Source of the DNA: a virus
Lineage: Duplodnaviria > Caudoviricetes
IMG/VR virus record: IMGVR_UViG_3300037067_005519
Coordinates: 1-64,000 of that record
Length of the DNA stretch: 64,000 nucleotides
Direction: 5' to 3' (one strand)
The notes under the pieces were generated by a model that worked only from the letters and a program-made list of their open reading frames with translations, was not told the DNA's origin and did no database searches. A program made the translations under genes and the position numbers. Below are positions 28,044-40,040 of the stretch, piece by piece (the stretch's first letter is position 1; each line of letters starts with the position of its first letter).

Positions 28044-31000
28044 TCACGATCGGTCGGTGCCGATCGTATCGGGAGAACCTGATGGTGCTTTCGGTTTTCC
28101 AAGTCGCCCAATTCGGTAGTTGAGGGCGAAGATCGCAAGCCAGATCAAGACGATATTGGCGAACGTCACTCCATTGATCCCTGTTGCCGCTTCGGTTCGT
28201 GGCGTCCAGAGCACAACGGCCAAGGCGCACACTGACGTTACAACTGGTGTGACGACCAACGCCATCAATATCCAAAATCTTTTCTCTGTCATTCGCTTAT
28301 TCCTTGCTTCCAAGAGTAACTCCCACAGGCATTCCCAGCAGTACGTGTCGTCTTCATCCGCCGGCCAATCGCAGCCGTCGTTCAGCGCGATCGTTGTCCC
28401 GCACCTGACACATTCACGGCTCATACCTTGACTCCCTTCTCGCTCAGCGCCTTCTTCCATTTCTCCCGCACGTCAGGCGTACAGTGGGCCATCGCATCGG
28501 CCCACGTTGGCCAGCGGCCGTGCTTGCCATAGAAGTCGTACTGGTACGTGAGCGACTGTTGGTTGTGCGGCTCGTTCGGGCCATGCTTCATCGCGCACTC
28601 TGGGCAAGTGTCCGGCGGCGTCTTCAACAGCATCCACGGACCAAGATGGGGATGTTCAGCGTTCATTTGCACGTAATTTCGTTTGGAACCAGAACCCAAC
28701 AAACCTCCTCGCCATCCTGGCATTTCACTACTGTCTCGGATTTCCAGATCAGTTCGCCTGGCTCTGGCGCACGCCATTCCCAACGCACAGGCGGCCGTCG
28801 CCCTTCCTGTGCGGTAAATGCAACTACCGAGTCCAAGTATTCAGGCGGCATGTCCGTGACGTACATCCGAACCTTATTGCCGAATCTCTCGTGACGGTGC
28901 TTCGACAGCACGACCGTGGGGACTTGCTCCGGGCGGCAGTGAAAAAAGTTGCCCAGTTGTCGGAACGTAAGAAACTCCGTTCTAATCAGTCGTATATCCA
29001 CAATCTCGCCGATATTCATCTTAGTTCCTCTCCGCTTGAATCTTTGCTCGCATGGCCGGGATAAATTCCTCATCCACGTAGCGGCGGTTCTCTTCTGACT
29101 CAGAAGCAAAATCGCCTAGTTGCTCATCCGGCCCCGGCAGATCGCATTCCTCAATGTCATCCGGGTGCAGGCCGAAGACGTTCTTGCCGAACAGCACCCG
29201 GCAGTACGTGCCATCGACGATCAAGGTCATCGTGCCGTTCTCGCTGTACGAAGCGATTGTCCCTCGATCGCCAGATTTCTTGATGCGATACAGCCGATCG
29301 CCGGGGAACTTCGTGGCCAACTCACGCACAATGTCTGGCCGGGAGGCTACCCACTGATCCCAATTAGCGCGTTGCTCGGCGGTCCACTCAATTACCTTGG
29401 CCATTGTTCCCATTGCTCCATTACGAAATCACCAAACTGACGCTCTTGAAGTATCTCGCCAGTCAGGTGTGCTTGTTGGTATCTCGTGGCAGGTCTCTGT
29501 TTCAGCACCCACAGACGCTTGACCAGCCGAGCGCGGTGGCTGATGTTGCGCTGAATGATTTCAGCAAGTTTCATCCACTCGTCAAAGTCTTTCATCCCAT
29601 ACACAGATTCGGTTTAGCGTCTGGTCGATCGCACGGCTGACCAGCCACGGGAAATTGAATTCAAGGTGAGGATAGTCGAGGATCGGCTTGTCCCCATGCG
29701 GATCATTGTTGCCGATGTGGATGTATGTGCATCCGGCTTGAAGTATCCGCTCCTCGTGTACACCCCAGTAGTTTCCGTCGTTCGGTATCCAGCTATGCTT
29801 TGTCACCCACGCGCCAATGACGACCTTCGGCCGGTACTTGGCGATCGCCTGGTGGGCATCGAGTCTCTCAACGCAGGGCGGCGGGATCACGGGCATCTGC
29901 CCGCGCGTCGCGCAGTAGATCGCTACCAATGGCTTTGTCTGTTGATAACTATCGGTCATAGGAATTCCTAAGTAGCGACCAATACACGCCCGGCCGGCAG
30001 CAATTTCGATTGCCGGATCACCATTGATCGTGTGCCTCAGCCAGTCGATCAATTCCCAGGTGGGAACCTGGTAGACGCCATTCTTGACGCACCATGATAG
30101 GATGTCATTTCGTGGAAAGCGCCGCAGCAAGTCCCATTCGATCGGACGAATCAGACCGTCTTCGATTAGTAGTTGATCGAGGACGGTTGTGTCACAGGGC
30201 CTAAGTCGCGCTGTTCGTTGTCGCATCTTCGATCTCCGCTCTCGGCATGAATACCATCAGTTGTCCACCCACGACGCCGATCCGCAGATCAAGATCGTGG
30301 CCATCAAAGTGCATCGGGTGAACCTGTCCATCCCGTAAGGTAGCCTTCTCGGCCCACGCTAAAGCCCGATCACCCATTTCGAGAAACGTGTAGACGTATG
30401 CCTGACTGGCGAAGGTCTCGCCGAACATCCGTTTGATCGCCTCGTGCTCGATCCAGACATGCTTCTCGCGCAGTGGATCAAGGAATACGGCCCACTTCGA
30501 CGGGTCGGTCTTGAACGGTGTCACGGGCAGGACCGGATAGATGCGGTGGCCGCTATGCTCGCCGTGTTGGGCACAGTCATTGGCGTGTCCGACGTGGTAG
30601 AATTCGTCGCATTCGCGGCAGTAGTTCTGGTACGTCGGTCGCTTGCATTCCGGGCAAACGATCGGCGGCGTGTCGAGCATGTGGATGATGTCAGCGGGAT
30701 CAAGTAGCGGCATTAGTTTAGGCCCTCGCAAACATGGATGAGGCGACGATTTCCCAAGCAGCCTCGCGGCTCACGCCAAAACGCTTCATGTTCTGTTCGT
30801 CACAAGTCTCCTCGTCCCAATACCAGGGCGAAGCGCATTCGCCTTGGCCAGAGAAGGGGAAGTGCCCTGGCTCGTTCTCGAACACCAGGGACACTTGGAA
30901 GCATTTGTCGCTGCTCGGATCAGGGTAGGTCCGGTCCAGGTAGTAGCAACGTCGTCGATCACTGTTGAGTAGTTCTTGAATCATCCCCGACCTCGTGGTT

Positions 31001-33822
31001 TGACAACGATCAGTTCCTCAACGGCCTCGTAGCGCACCAGGCGGATCACCTTCTTGTGGGCATCGGCCTGCAATTGCATCTGTCTGACGATCGCCGGCCA
31101 GGTCAACTTCGTCTTGTGGTCAGCGATGCCCACGATCGGAATCATGCCGGCCGGGCAAAGCGCCTGCTTGATGCCGATCGCGCCTGATCCATTTTCATCC
31201 TCACCGATCCAAGCAATCAGGTCCGGTTCCCCTTGATGGGTTCCTTCGTATGCCATCAATCAGTCCTTTGCGTTTGATGTCCTCGTACACGGATTGGTAA
31301 GGCGGCATGTCGCTCAACCACACGGGCGTCTTGAGTGCTGCCGCTTCTTCAAGCAACGCTTCGTTGTTATTGGCATCGCCAAGTTCCTGGTACACGATCG
31401 ACATATCCCGCCGTGGTTTGGCACGGGCTGAGTTGTAAATGACGTGCCACACTACCGATAATTGAACGTCGCAGATTCGGCAGAACTTGCGGCAGGCGAA
31501 CTTGTTGACTTCGGCCAACATGATCCTACTGCAATCATCGAACAGGTCATCTTCTTCGCCGAAGAACCCGAGACACGTACTTCCGGCATGTCGCAGGGCG
31601 TCCCCGTACTCGACGGCATAGAGGTTGGCTTCTATGTGCCGGAAGTACATGTCTCGGGTTTCTTCACTATCAAAGACCATAAGCCCACGCTCGCTCCCCC
31701 ACGTCGCGTGGGCCTGCATCGCTGATCCGCTCGCCGAGCACCGCTTCTGCGATGAGCGTCAGATTGAATTCGCTGTGGCAGACAAGGCAGATGTAGTTGG
31801 CTCCCATGCCGCCGTGCGGACCTTCCTTTAGGCCGCCACCGCAATCCGGGCAGTGCCCTGTGCGATGAATTTGGTCACGCTCCCACTCGGTCAGACTCTC
31901 GCGCTCTTTCGAGGATCGTTCGATGGCTACGTGTTTACGATGCCACCAGCTTCTAATTGAGTCCAGCATGTTCTTCCTGTTCTTCCTTGATTGGTTTGAC
32001 GATGATTTTGATTTTTCCTACGACGGTCAATGAATCTCTTCCACCGATGATGTTCACCGTGATGGCATCCTGGGTCTCTTCGATTCGATGCACATCAAGT
32101 TCCGGGTCCAGTTGTGATTGCAGCAGCGGTAGCAAGTCTTTCGCTTTCAATTATTCTTCTCCTATCTGCATTGAACATTGAGCAACAGCACCCGCCTCCG
32201 AAGGCGGGCACCACGTCGGCGTCGGGTTGGCCAACGATCTGGTCGTACTTGTCGCAGAGCCACCGGCCCGGTCGAGTCTTGTCCGGCACCTGGAATCGGC
32301 AGGCTCGATTCGTGGGGCTGGTGACTTCGCCATACGGGCAGGGGGCAATCCGACAGCAGAATCCACAGTTGACACAACTCATCGACGCCTCAAGTATACT
32401 GGGTCAAACAATCGCTTCAAGAGGAGGCCGGCATAGATCGACGCATCCCGGTTTGGTGCATAGCACACCCAATGCGGCGTCTCTTTGGCCGGGCACCACA
32501 GATAGCGCGGAGGATCAGGAGCCGTCCATGCCATTCCCAAGGCAGAGGCGGCAGTTTTCAAGTGACGAGTGGTAAAATCGACAATCTCTTGCTGATCGAC
32601 AATTCCGACCCAACAGTGCATTTCGGGCAGGTTGCCCATCATCACGGACATGGCGCTCTCATACGCTCCTGGCGTCCACATATACGCGAAATGCGTATTC
32701 GATACACCGTCGTCTTCTTCTGGCTTGATTCGGGGCCACTGCAACGAGCCGGCTTGGATCGTGGCGCGGTAGCCGTGCCGGTGGAGAATGGATAGGGCGT
32801 GATGAGCGTAGTAGAGGCATAGACCCGGCCGGTCGTCCAGCTTGGAGACTTGTCGCTCGATCTCTCGGATGACTTTTGATCTATTGCCCACCTTGGAATC
32901 CTGTTGGAACGCGAACTACTGCCTCTCGGTGAATGACGCTGCCTTTTCTCATCACGATTCTTGGAATCATTCGGCCGTGCCCTGTGTGCATCAAGGCTGG
33001 ATGCGGCCGGCGCATGTGAGGAATGACTTCAATGTCCTTGCCGATGTTGAATCCGAACTTGTTCCGTTTCTTTGCCCTCTCAACATACTTCGGGTCTTTC
33101 GTGATCTCGTACTTGTCGCGGTCCTTGGCTAACACATCAGGCTCGATGATGTCGGGGTTGTTCTCCAAGAGGCAGAGCGTACAAGCGAGCCGAGCACAGG
33201 CTGTTCGTATCTCCTCGGGCATCTGCATTCCTCGGAAGGCACTCACATCATACGGCAAGGCGCTTAGGGATTGTTCCAGCGTCATACCGCGCTGTATCGG
33301 CAAGTTGATATAGGTGTGGACTGAATAGAATTCACCATTTGGCGCTTCTTCAACTTCGCCGGTGTCCACCCAGAGAACGAATCCGTTGAACATTTCGGTT
33401 CTGTTCTGGACGGTTGTGGGGCTGACTAGCATCGAGCGAATGTGCCAGTCTTCATCCTGCCACTTGAATTGGAGAGGCGGCCGTTCCTTGGAGAAGCGGA
33501 TGCAGAAGCAGGGCATCGGCAGATGGACAAGGCTGGTGTCCACGTCGAGATTCAGCTTCAAGAGCATCGGGGCGATCGTCGGGTAGACCTTGTAGTACGG
33601 CCGCCGGTTCTTCTCCCATAGATGCTCGCCGACCATCTGGATCGCGCAGGAAGTCGAGTGAAGGCCGGCGACGGCGAGTCCAAAGTTCCGCTTGTAGAAG
33701 CTCTCCGAGTCCTCCCCGCTCTTTCGCGGTCCTCGGTTCACCATGTCACGGGTTGTCGGGTACTCGTAGAAGTCCATGCCCCTAGTATAATTGGGGCAAT
33801 TGGGTATGTCAATGCTCCCCAA
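28044..33822 (-). other. Operon of hypothetical proteins (incl. 28421-28666, 28663-29019, 29021-29413, 30201-30713, 30718-30984, 30981-31256, 31670-31969, 32379-32891, 32881-33822)
   Basis: Overlapping stops and starts; several CxxC motifs; 32881-33822 ends with PHMRRPH, similar to 44873-45832. Confidence 0.65.
29582..30226 (-). CDS. SAM-dependent methyltransferase-like protein
   Basis: PTWELIDWL...AIEIAAGRACIG (motif I-like)...VVIGAW. Confidence 0.5.
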   Translation of the reverse strand: MRQRTARLRPCDTTVLDQLLIEDGLIRPIEWDLLRRFPRNDILSWCVKNGVYQVPTWELIDWLRHTINGDPAIEIAAGRACIGRYLGIPMTDSYQQTKPLVAIYCATRGQMPVIPPPCVERLDAHQAIAKYRPKVVIGAWVTKHSWIPNDGNYWGVHEERILQAGCTYIHIGNNDPHGDKPILDYPHLEFNFPWLVSRAIDQTLNRICVWDERL

Positions 33823-33886
33823 TACTCAAGAAAACGATACGGGCCAGGACCATTCCCTGGTCCTGGCCCGCCTGGCAACCGCTCCA

Positions 33887-34576
33887 TCACGCAGCGTATC
33901 GTAGGAAGTTCTGGCGGAACGAGTCCCGTTCGTCCTCCAGTCGCCGCAACAGGTCCAGCCTTGGGACGGTCGTGACCAGCAGACCTACCTCGTACCGTTG
34001 CACGTTTGGCATCTCGTCAACGTCCTGGGTGTGGGTCAGACACCACTTGAGGTAACGGCCATGACGACTTCGGTTCTTTCCGAACAACCCGGCCAATCGG
34101 CCCGGATGACCATCGGCTGTCATCAGCCAAGCGCGCTTCAACATGATCTCCCATTCGTTGCGGCTGAGCGCCCAACTTGGGGCCGGCTCCAACCGGGAAT
34201 GAGCGACTTGTTGTGGGTAGGCGACGACGGCCTGATCGGGCAGCAGCAATCCCATAGCGTGATGGAACGTGCGCTTGCCGCTGCACTGCGGACCAATCAA
34301 CAGCAAAGCCGGTTGCGGTTCGTGAGGCCGCGTGGCCAAGCCGTGGACCCATCTGTTCAGTTCCGGCGTCCGGTCTGCGGCTTGAAGTCCGACCGTTTGG
34401 CGGCCGATGTGGTTCAGGAGCCGATCCCAAGTAGGGTGAGGGGCAATCCTGACGACTTCGCTGTGGACCATTCGAGGAACGAACAGGCTGGCTGTGATAG
34501 CTGCCGCTGCTGCGCCAGCGCCTTTCAGCAGGGCGCGCCGGGAAACTTTGCGAGGACTCTTCTTTCTCTTTGACAT
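33887..34576 (-). CDS. Twin-arginine-like signal fused to degenerate P-loop domain
   Basis: SRRALLKGAGAAAAAITASL; ALLLIGPQCSGKRTF. Confidence 0.5.
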   Translation of the reverse strand: MSKRKKSPRKVSRRALLKGAGAAAAAITASLFVPRMVHSEVVRIAPHPTWDRLLNHIGRQTVGLQAADRTPELNRWVHGLATRPHEPQPALLLIGPQCSGKRTFHHAMGLLLPDQAVVAYPQQVAHSRLEPAPSWALSRNEWEIMLKRAWLMTADGHPGRLAGLFGKNRSRHGRYLKWCLTHTQDVDEMPNVQRYEVGLLVTTVPRLDLLRRLEDERDSFRQNFLRYAA

Positions 34577-35120
34577 GATGGAGCCTTTCTGCTTTGGGTA
34601 AGGGTAAACCGGCGACACGGTAGACGGCCGTGGCGCTGGTGCCAGACGAAATACCGATAGTCAGTATTCGCTTCCGCCTGGCGGGCGGTGCGCGGTCAAG
34701 TCCTTGTGTTCCTCCTTCTCAGGCACAACATACGTTGGCAGGCGGAACGGTCCCTTGGCATCTGAGGGGCGTAGGATTGTTGGCGGGCGCTCGACTGGTT
34801 TGGCCTCCGGTGTCACTGGTGGAAGCCTGATGATTGCCGGGACGGTCTGGTCGCGGGCGTTGTGGCCAGTCGCTCCAGCAGTGCCATCGGACCTGATGAT
34901 GGTCATGGGTACTGCCACACACGCGACCAGGGCACAACAAAGCATTCCGATTCTTCGCATGATCTTCTCCTGGGTTGCCTATGGTAAGTTGCGAGGGATG
35001 TTCCGGGGCGAGTGTCGGTCGCCTCTTTCGGTTGCCCAAGCTGGGTGAAATAGGTATCGACTGCCAATCGAGAAATCTGCGGAGGCTACAGAAAGTTTCC
35101 AGTTAGCGCGAACTTTCACA

Positions 35121-36170
35121 TCAGGACGCTAATTCCTCATTTGATGGGAAAAGGAGTGGCGCGATGCCAAGCCATTCCATCTTCTCTTCCAATTCCGTCC
35201 GCTCCCGGCTGCTCAGCGGCTTCATGCAGACTGTCCAGTTAGGGTGCAGGGCCTTCCTGATTTCGTGTTGTTCTGCATAACTCAGTGTTATGCTGTTCAG
35301 ACGGTAGTCCTCGAAGGCTTCCCACGTCACCGGGAATAGCGGCTTGATAAGTTCGGCAATGGCATTCGCGTAAGTACGGATTTCCAACTGCGCGTGTTTG
35401 TCCATTCGCAGTTCGAGGAAATGAAGGAGGTTATGCAAGTCGATCTTCCAATACGCCTCGGTGTAGGTCGAGAGCGGTAAGTCCTTGCGCGCCTGCTCGC
35501 GGGCGATGCCAAAGTTCAATCGCTCTTGGTAAGTCTTGCGGGCGTATGCCTGCACGTTTGCTTCGGCTGCCGAGAGATACTTCGTTGGCGTGAACTCTGG
35601 GTCGTAGGTAATCATCCGGGGCACGTCGTCACCATCGAGCACGACGTAGCCGCCTCGATCGTCATTGCGAGGCTCGACGCGATAGCCCCCCGGCCATTCC
35701 AATTCTCCGCTGCCCGATCCCTGCTTATTGTTGCTGCTCTGCAATCGCCAGGTCTCGGCGGTTTGCATCGAGTCGATCGCCTCCGAGTATCGAGTCGAGT
35801 ATTCGTTCACGCTGGCCGTGCGATGGCGAATCCATTGCCGCCAAGTATCCATGCCGACGCGAACATGCAGTTTCACTTCGCACATTTCCAGCGGTGTGGT
35901 ATGGCGATGGCGCACCAGGTAGCGGATCAGCGAACGATCATCGCTGGGCGTCTTGGTTCCCTTGCCGTAGCTCACGCGGGCAGCCTGGACGATTGCGGCG
36001 TCATTACCCATGACATCAACAAAACGAACAAATCCGTCAGGCGGGACTTCGATTAGCCGCCCCGCTTCTCGCTCATCGCGCATCATCAACAATCTGCCAT
36101 GCTCAGCGATTTGTTGTTCGTTGGCACCACGTACATTTTCAACTTCTGCTAGTCTTGACTGGAGACTCAT
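35121..36170 (-). CDS. thyX: FAD-dependent thymidylate synthase
   Basis: QAARVSYG, HTTPLE, RQWIRHRTASVNEYSTRY, REQARKDLP, HAQLEIR. Confidence 0.97.
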   Translation of the reverse strand: MSLQSRLAEVENVRGANEQQIAEHGRLLMMRDEREAGRLIEVPPDGFVRFVDVMGNDAAIVQAARVSYGKGTKTPSDDRSLIRYLVRHRHTTPLEMCEVKLHVRVGMDTWRQWIRHRTASVNEYSTRYSEAIDSMQTAETWRLQSSNNKQGSGSGELEWPGGYRVEPRNDDRGGYVVLDGDDVPRMITYDPEFTPTKYLSAAEANVQAYARKTYQERLNFGIAREQARKDLPLSTYTEAYWKIDLHNLLHFLELRMDKHAQLEIRTYANAIAELIKPLFPVTWEAFEDYRLNSITLSYAEQHEIRKALHPNWTVCMKPLSSRERTELEEKMEWLGIAPLLFPSNEELAS

Positions 36171-36426
36171 GGTATTCCCGTTCGGTAATAAAGGTGGGGT
36201 TAGTTGGTGGGTTTGGTGATCCGTTTGACGTATTGAGCGATCTTTTGTTCCCGATCGGGATCACGCATGAATCGCAACACGAGCTTGTTCAGCAGGATGT
36301 CGCAGCGTTTGCAGATCGGGCGATATACGTTGTTGTCGGCGCAGACTTGCCATTGGTACTCAGATGGCCGACCGCAGCGGAAGCACGGTAGCCGGCGGAT
36401 GCCGGCCTGGCTGTAGGGTCTGGTTC

Positions 36427-37383
36427 TCATGCGGGCACGTATTCCCAGTTCAATCCTTGGTATGACCCCTTGCCCTTCAAGGACTGGTAGAGGCCCGAAC
36501 TGCCGAATCCCGCCTTCAAGGCGTCAATCACCTGGCCGAATTCATGCACAACTTCTCCCTCTGGCGTCACGGCACGGATCGGCCGCTTGTTGCCCGGACG
36601 CCGAGTATTGAGGAAAGCCGACAAGGCACTCTCTTTGGGTGTTTCCGGTACTGGCGTCTCAACTTTTGGTTCCCAGACGACGCCGGGACCAAGGGCCTCT
36701 TGACCGGACTGGTTGGCATACCAGGCGGCGACCGCTTCCTGTCGTGTTGGCCGGAAGATCGTTCTATTCTCAAGGCGTACACCCCAGAGGTTCTGATTTA
36801 CATCCAGGTAGACAGCCGCCGTCAGCCGTTTGATCTCGTCTCGTCGTTGGGCGGCGGTCAGCATCGAGTTGGCGATCTCCGGTACGTCGGCGATGGCGCT
36901 GTCCTCGTTGGGTTTCACCCAATAGCGCCAAAGCATCTTTCGGTGCTTCACTGCCCTGCCATCGAGCACCTTGCGCACGGCGTCCCTGTCGAATCCTGCT
37001 TTTCCTGCGGCCTCAATGCTGGGGAAGAACTCGATTCTTCCCGTGAGAGGGTCAATCGCCTCGATTGCGCGCAGGTCCGTCACGGGCTTCTTTGGAGCCG
37101 GCGGCACTGGCGGTGTTGGCGGCTCTGACACGGGTGGTGCAACTGTCGGAACTTCACTCTGGAATCGCCAGCGCACGCCGTATGCCATGTTGTCGCGGGT
37201 TCCCAGCACCTTGAGGACATTGGGATAGCCGGCCGCGAGGACGGCTCGTGGGTTCTCAAACGTGTGCAGAAGGCTTCCACTGTTGTTGCTGTAGGTCTCA
37301 ACTGGTTCATCAGGAAGATTCCTGAGCACTTTGTCAGTGGCTAATCTGCGAAAGAACATTCGGATTGGATGAAATGGGTTCAT
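36427..37383 (-). CDS. Protein with three NUMOD1/IENR1-like DNA-binding repeats
   Basis: Three copies of the pattern PI.A....G.V...F.S...A..AGF....V...L.G......W.Y; no nuclease motif. Confidence 0.65.
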   Translation of the reverse strand: MNPFHPIRMFFRRLATDKVLRNLPDEPVETYSNNSGSLLHTFENPRAVLAAGYPNVLKVLGTRDNMAYGVRWRFQSEVPTVAPPVSEPPTPPVPPAPKKPVTDLRAIEAIDPLTGRIEFFPSIEAAGKAGFDRDAVRKVLDGRAVKHRKMLWRYWVKPNEDSAIADVPEIANSMLTAAQRRDEIKRLTAAVYLDVNQNLWGVRLENRTIFRPTRQEAVAAWYANQSGQEALGPGVVWEPKVETPVPETPKESALSAFLNTRRPGNKRPIRAVTPEGEVVHEFGQVIDALKAGFGSSGLYQSLKGKGSYQGLNWEYVPA

Positions 37384-37417
37384 TGGTATCCTCTTTTATT
37401 GAAAGATTGGTTGTAAC

Positions 37418-38200
37418 TTACACGGCAGTAGCGTAGGCCCACTTTAGATTCTTGTAGAGTTCTCCACGTCGTATTGACCGATAGATGCCCTCTTTGTTGA
37501 AGCCAGCACTAATCGCGTCGGCGAATCGAGGGAATTCGTGAATGACTTCGCCGTTGCTATTGGTAGCCTTAACTGGCCTGATGCGCGGTCGCGTGGTAAC
37601 GCCCAGCACTTTGCGTAACTTTGCGATTCCGTTTTCAGCACGTTTCTCTATGGTCGTCTGACTGACGTGGAGCAATTCGGCTGCTTCTGCCGCCGTCATA
37701 CCACGACAGTGGTAAAGTTCGATGGCATCCTTCTGATTTGGTGGCAGGCTCTCAAGAGCAACCTTCGCTTCCGTCTGGAGTCCAAGAGCACGAGCTTCAC
37801 ACTCTGTCAACACACTGTCCTTGTCTGGAAGGTTACTGGCTCCCGATTGTCGATGCAGCAGATTGTCATCTGTCATTCCTGAGTCTACGAGCGTGTCGAT
37901 GGTGCTTGCGCTGGACAGTACATCAGTTTCTTCGCTTCGCTTCCGGTCAAGACACAAGTTCTGAGTTATCCTGAATAAGAAGCTCTCGGCCGAACGGATT
38001 GGTTCTGCCGGTGCCTTGAGTTCGAGGAGCTTGGAGAAGGTGTCTTGTATAATGTCCTCAGCGTCCTCCGGCGATTTTAGGATGCGGAGACTAAGGCGAT
38101 AGAGTCGGGGCTGCATCCGTTCATACAGGATCGTGAACAGTTCGTGATCCTTCGTTTCCAGATACTTGGTCAACAGTTCTTCATCAGTCATGTTTGGCAT
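37418..38200 (-). CDS. ECF-type sigma70 factor with C-terminal NUMOD1-like domain
   Basis: Region 2 (LYRLSLRIL...DAEDIIQDTF...LFRITQNLCLDRKR); region 4 (LPPNQKDAIELYH..GMTAAEAAELL); then PVKATNSNGEVIHEF...WAY. Confidence 0.85.
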   Translation of the reverse strand: MPNMTDEELLTKYLETKDHELFTILYERMQPRLYRLSLRILKSPEDAEDIIQDTFSKLLELKAPAEPIRSAESFLFRITQNLCLDRKRSEETDVLSSASTIDTLVDSGMTDDNLLHRQSGASNLPDKDSVLTECEARALGLQTEAKVALESLPPNQKDAIELYHCRGMTAAEAAELLHVSQTTIEKRAENGIAKLRKVLGVTTRPRIRPVKATNSNGEVIHEFPRFADAISAGFNKEGIYRSIRRGELYKNLKWAYATAV

Positions 38201-38401
38201 AGGTTCCTCACGGCGAGATGTTAAGGTGTGACGATTAGGTAGGTATGGAAACGTAGATCGTTATTTCTGAGAAGCAAATCCAATTAGCGAAACTTTTCCG
38301 GCACCGAAGACCAGCGAGGTTGGGTCATAGTTGTTATGCCGCTTGTGCGGGCCTTGTGCTAGCTATTTGAGTCTGGTCGCCGGTTATTCGATCTAATAAG
38401 C

Positions 38402-38671
38402 ATGAACAGAAATCACTACATGGCCCTGGGAACGATTTTGCTGCTGATCGGGGCGACGATCTTCAAGATAGATGCCGTCACCCTCAACGAGGAATCCACC
38501 AAATTCCTTGCTCAGCAGTTGGAAACACCAGCCGGTGAAGGAGGCTTGCTTGCTTCAACGGCCACTGTGAAGAAGACCATTCCCATTCCTACCTGGCCTC
38601 GTTTCCTTTGCATCAGTCTTGGCGCAATCCTTATGCTTCACGCGATCGGAATGGCAAAGCCTGGTGGGTGA
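38402..38671 (+). CDS. Small two-TM membrane protein, Planctomycete type
   Basis: MNRNHYMALGTILLLIG...P.W...ISLGAILMLHA. Confidence 0.75.
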   Translation: MNRNHYMALGTILLLIGATIFKIDAVTLNEESTKFLAQQLETPAGEGGLLASTATVKKTIPIPTWPRFLCISLGAILMLHAIGMAKPGG

Positions 38672-38793
38672 CCGACTGTAGCGATTCTGCGGGCGCACGA
38701 ACAGTTTCCACAGTTTACCCAGGATACCAACCGATCCACTCGGTAGGCGCATCCGCAACATCGCGGAAGCCTACTACTTTAAGGAGAAGCCAG

Positions 38794-39471
38794 ATGAAGA
38801 GCTTCCTGATGATGGCCGCCACCCTGGCGGCCTTGGCGTATGCGTCGGTCACGATGGCCGAGAGCCTACCGCCAGTCCCGAAGACCGCCACCGGCACGGT
38901 GACGGCGATTGTTGTTCCGAAGACCGAAGCCAAGGTTGAGACCAAGACCGAGACCAAGACTGAGGTTGCTCCGGCTCCGTTGCCCTCAGCGTTGAAGGTG
39001 ACGGAGAAAACTGAGGCAACTTGCGAAGCGGCTCCCATGCCGCCGGTGCCTTGCAGCGGTAAGGTTGACGCCACTACGCACAAATGTAAGTGCAGGACGT
39101 GCTCGCGGAAGCCGATCGAGACCTCAGTGGTGTTCGTCACCAATGAGTTGCTCCGCAAGCCGATCTACGACGTGGAGAAGGCCCTGTGGGAGGCCGAGGG
39201 TCGCCGGCTGAATCGGGAGAATACTCGATTGAGCGAAGAGGCCGAGGAGCTTATGGCCAAGTCAGCGAAGCTGGCCGAGAAGATCAAGGCGACTGACAAG
39301 AGCGACCTCCATGCCAAGCTCGTGCTCATCAAGCAGGAGCGCGCCTACGCGACCCAGGTCAACAACTTGGCCGTGCGTCGCGCCGCCTTGGAGTTGAAGC
39401 AGGCTGAGCACGCCGAGCAAGGCAAGAAGCTCGACGCCAAGCACATGAAGTTGTTTCACAAAGCCGGTTAA
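38794..39471 (+). CDS. Secreted coiled-coil protein
   Basis: RBS aaggag; signal peptide MKSFLMMAATLAALAYASVTMA; heptad-rich C-terminus. Confidence 0.75.
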   Translation: MKSFLMMAATLAALAYASVTMAESLPPVPKTATGTVTAIVVPKTEAKVETKTETKTEVAPAPLPSALKVTEKTEATCEAAPMPPVPCSGKVDATTHKCKCRTCSRKPIETSVVFVTNELLRKPIYDVEKALWEAEGRRLNRENTRLSEEAEELMAKSAKLAEKIKATDKSDLHAKLVLIKQERAYATQVNNLAVRRAALELKQAEHAEQGKKLDAKHMKLFHKAG

Positions 39472-39494
39472 TCACCTTTCCGGCGCTAAGGGTT

Positions 39495-39536
39495 AAGGCC
39501 GCCAGTCGTTGCCGACACTGGCGGCCTTTCCTTTTC
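39495..39536 (+). terminator. Intrinsic terminator
   Basis: aaggccgccagt...actggcggcctt followed by tcctttt. Confidence 0.7.
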
Positions 39537-40040
39537 ATGGAGGATCGCATGAAGACGTATCGAGTCGAATACAATGCCAACGGCGAATGGATACCTGGCA
39601 GCCTGGTGCAGATGGCACCACGGCATCTCAAGTGGTATCTTGAATTCCTTGCCGGCGATCGTCCGCTGGTATCGTTCGTCAAGGCCGAAGGTCGGCTGGT
39701 GGCAAAGAAGATCGTTCACCGCGTAAAGAAGAAGTGCCTGCCGACACGAGTTCGTGCTATCGAGCCAGTCTGGATTGACGAGGACGGCTACTATCTATTC
39801 GATGGTACAAACCTGGAGTTCATCAGCCTATCTGAACTGGACGGCCAAAGGGTGCGTCTACCCAGGAACCGTCGTCGAGCTTAGTCAGCAACTCGCACTG
39901 CTTGCATCCTAACAAGGCGAAGGGAGCCGGTACGCCTTCATCAAAGAGAACGGTCAGGCTGCGGCCGTTTCGGCTGGCAAGTTCGATGACGCCTTGTAGC
40001 CGCCGGCCGGCGATCGTTACGATGATGGGATCACCTTTTC

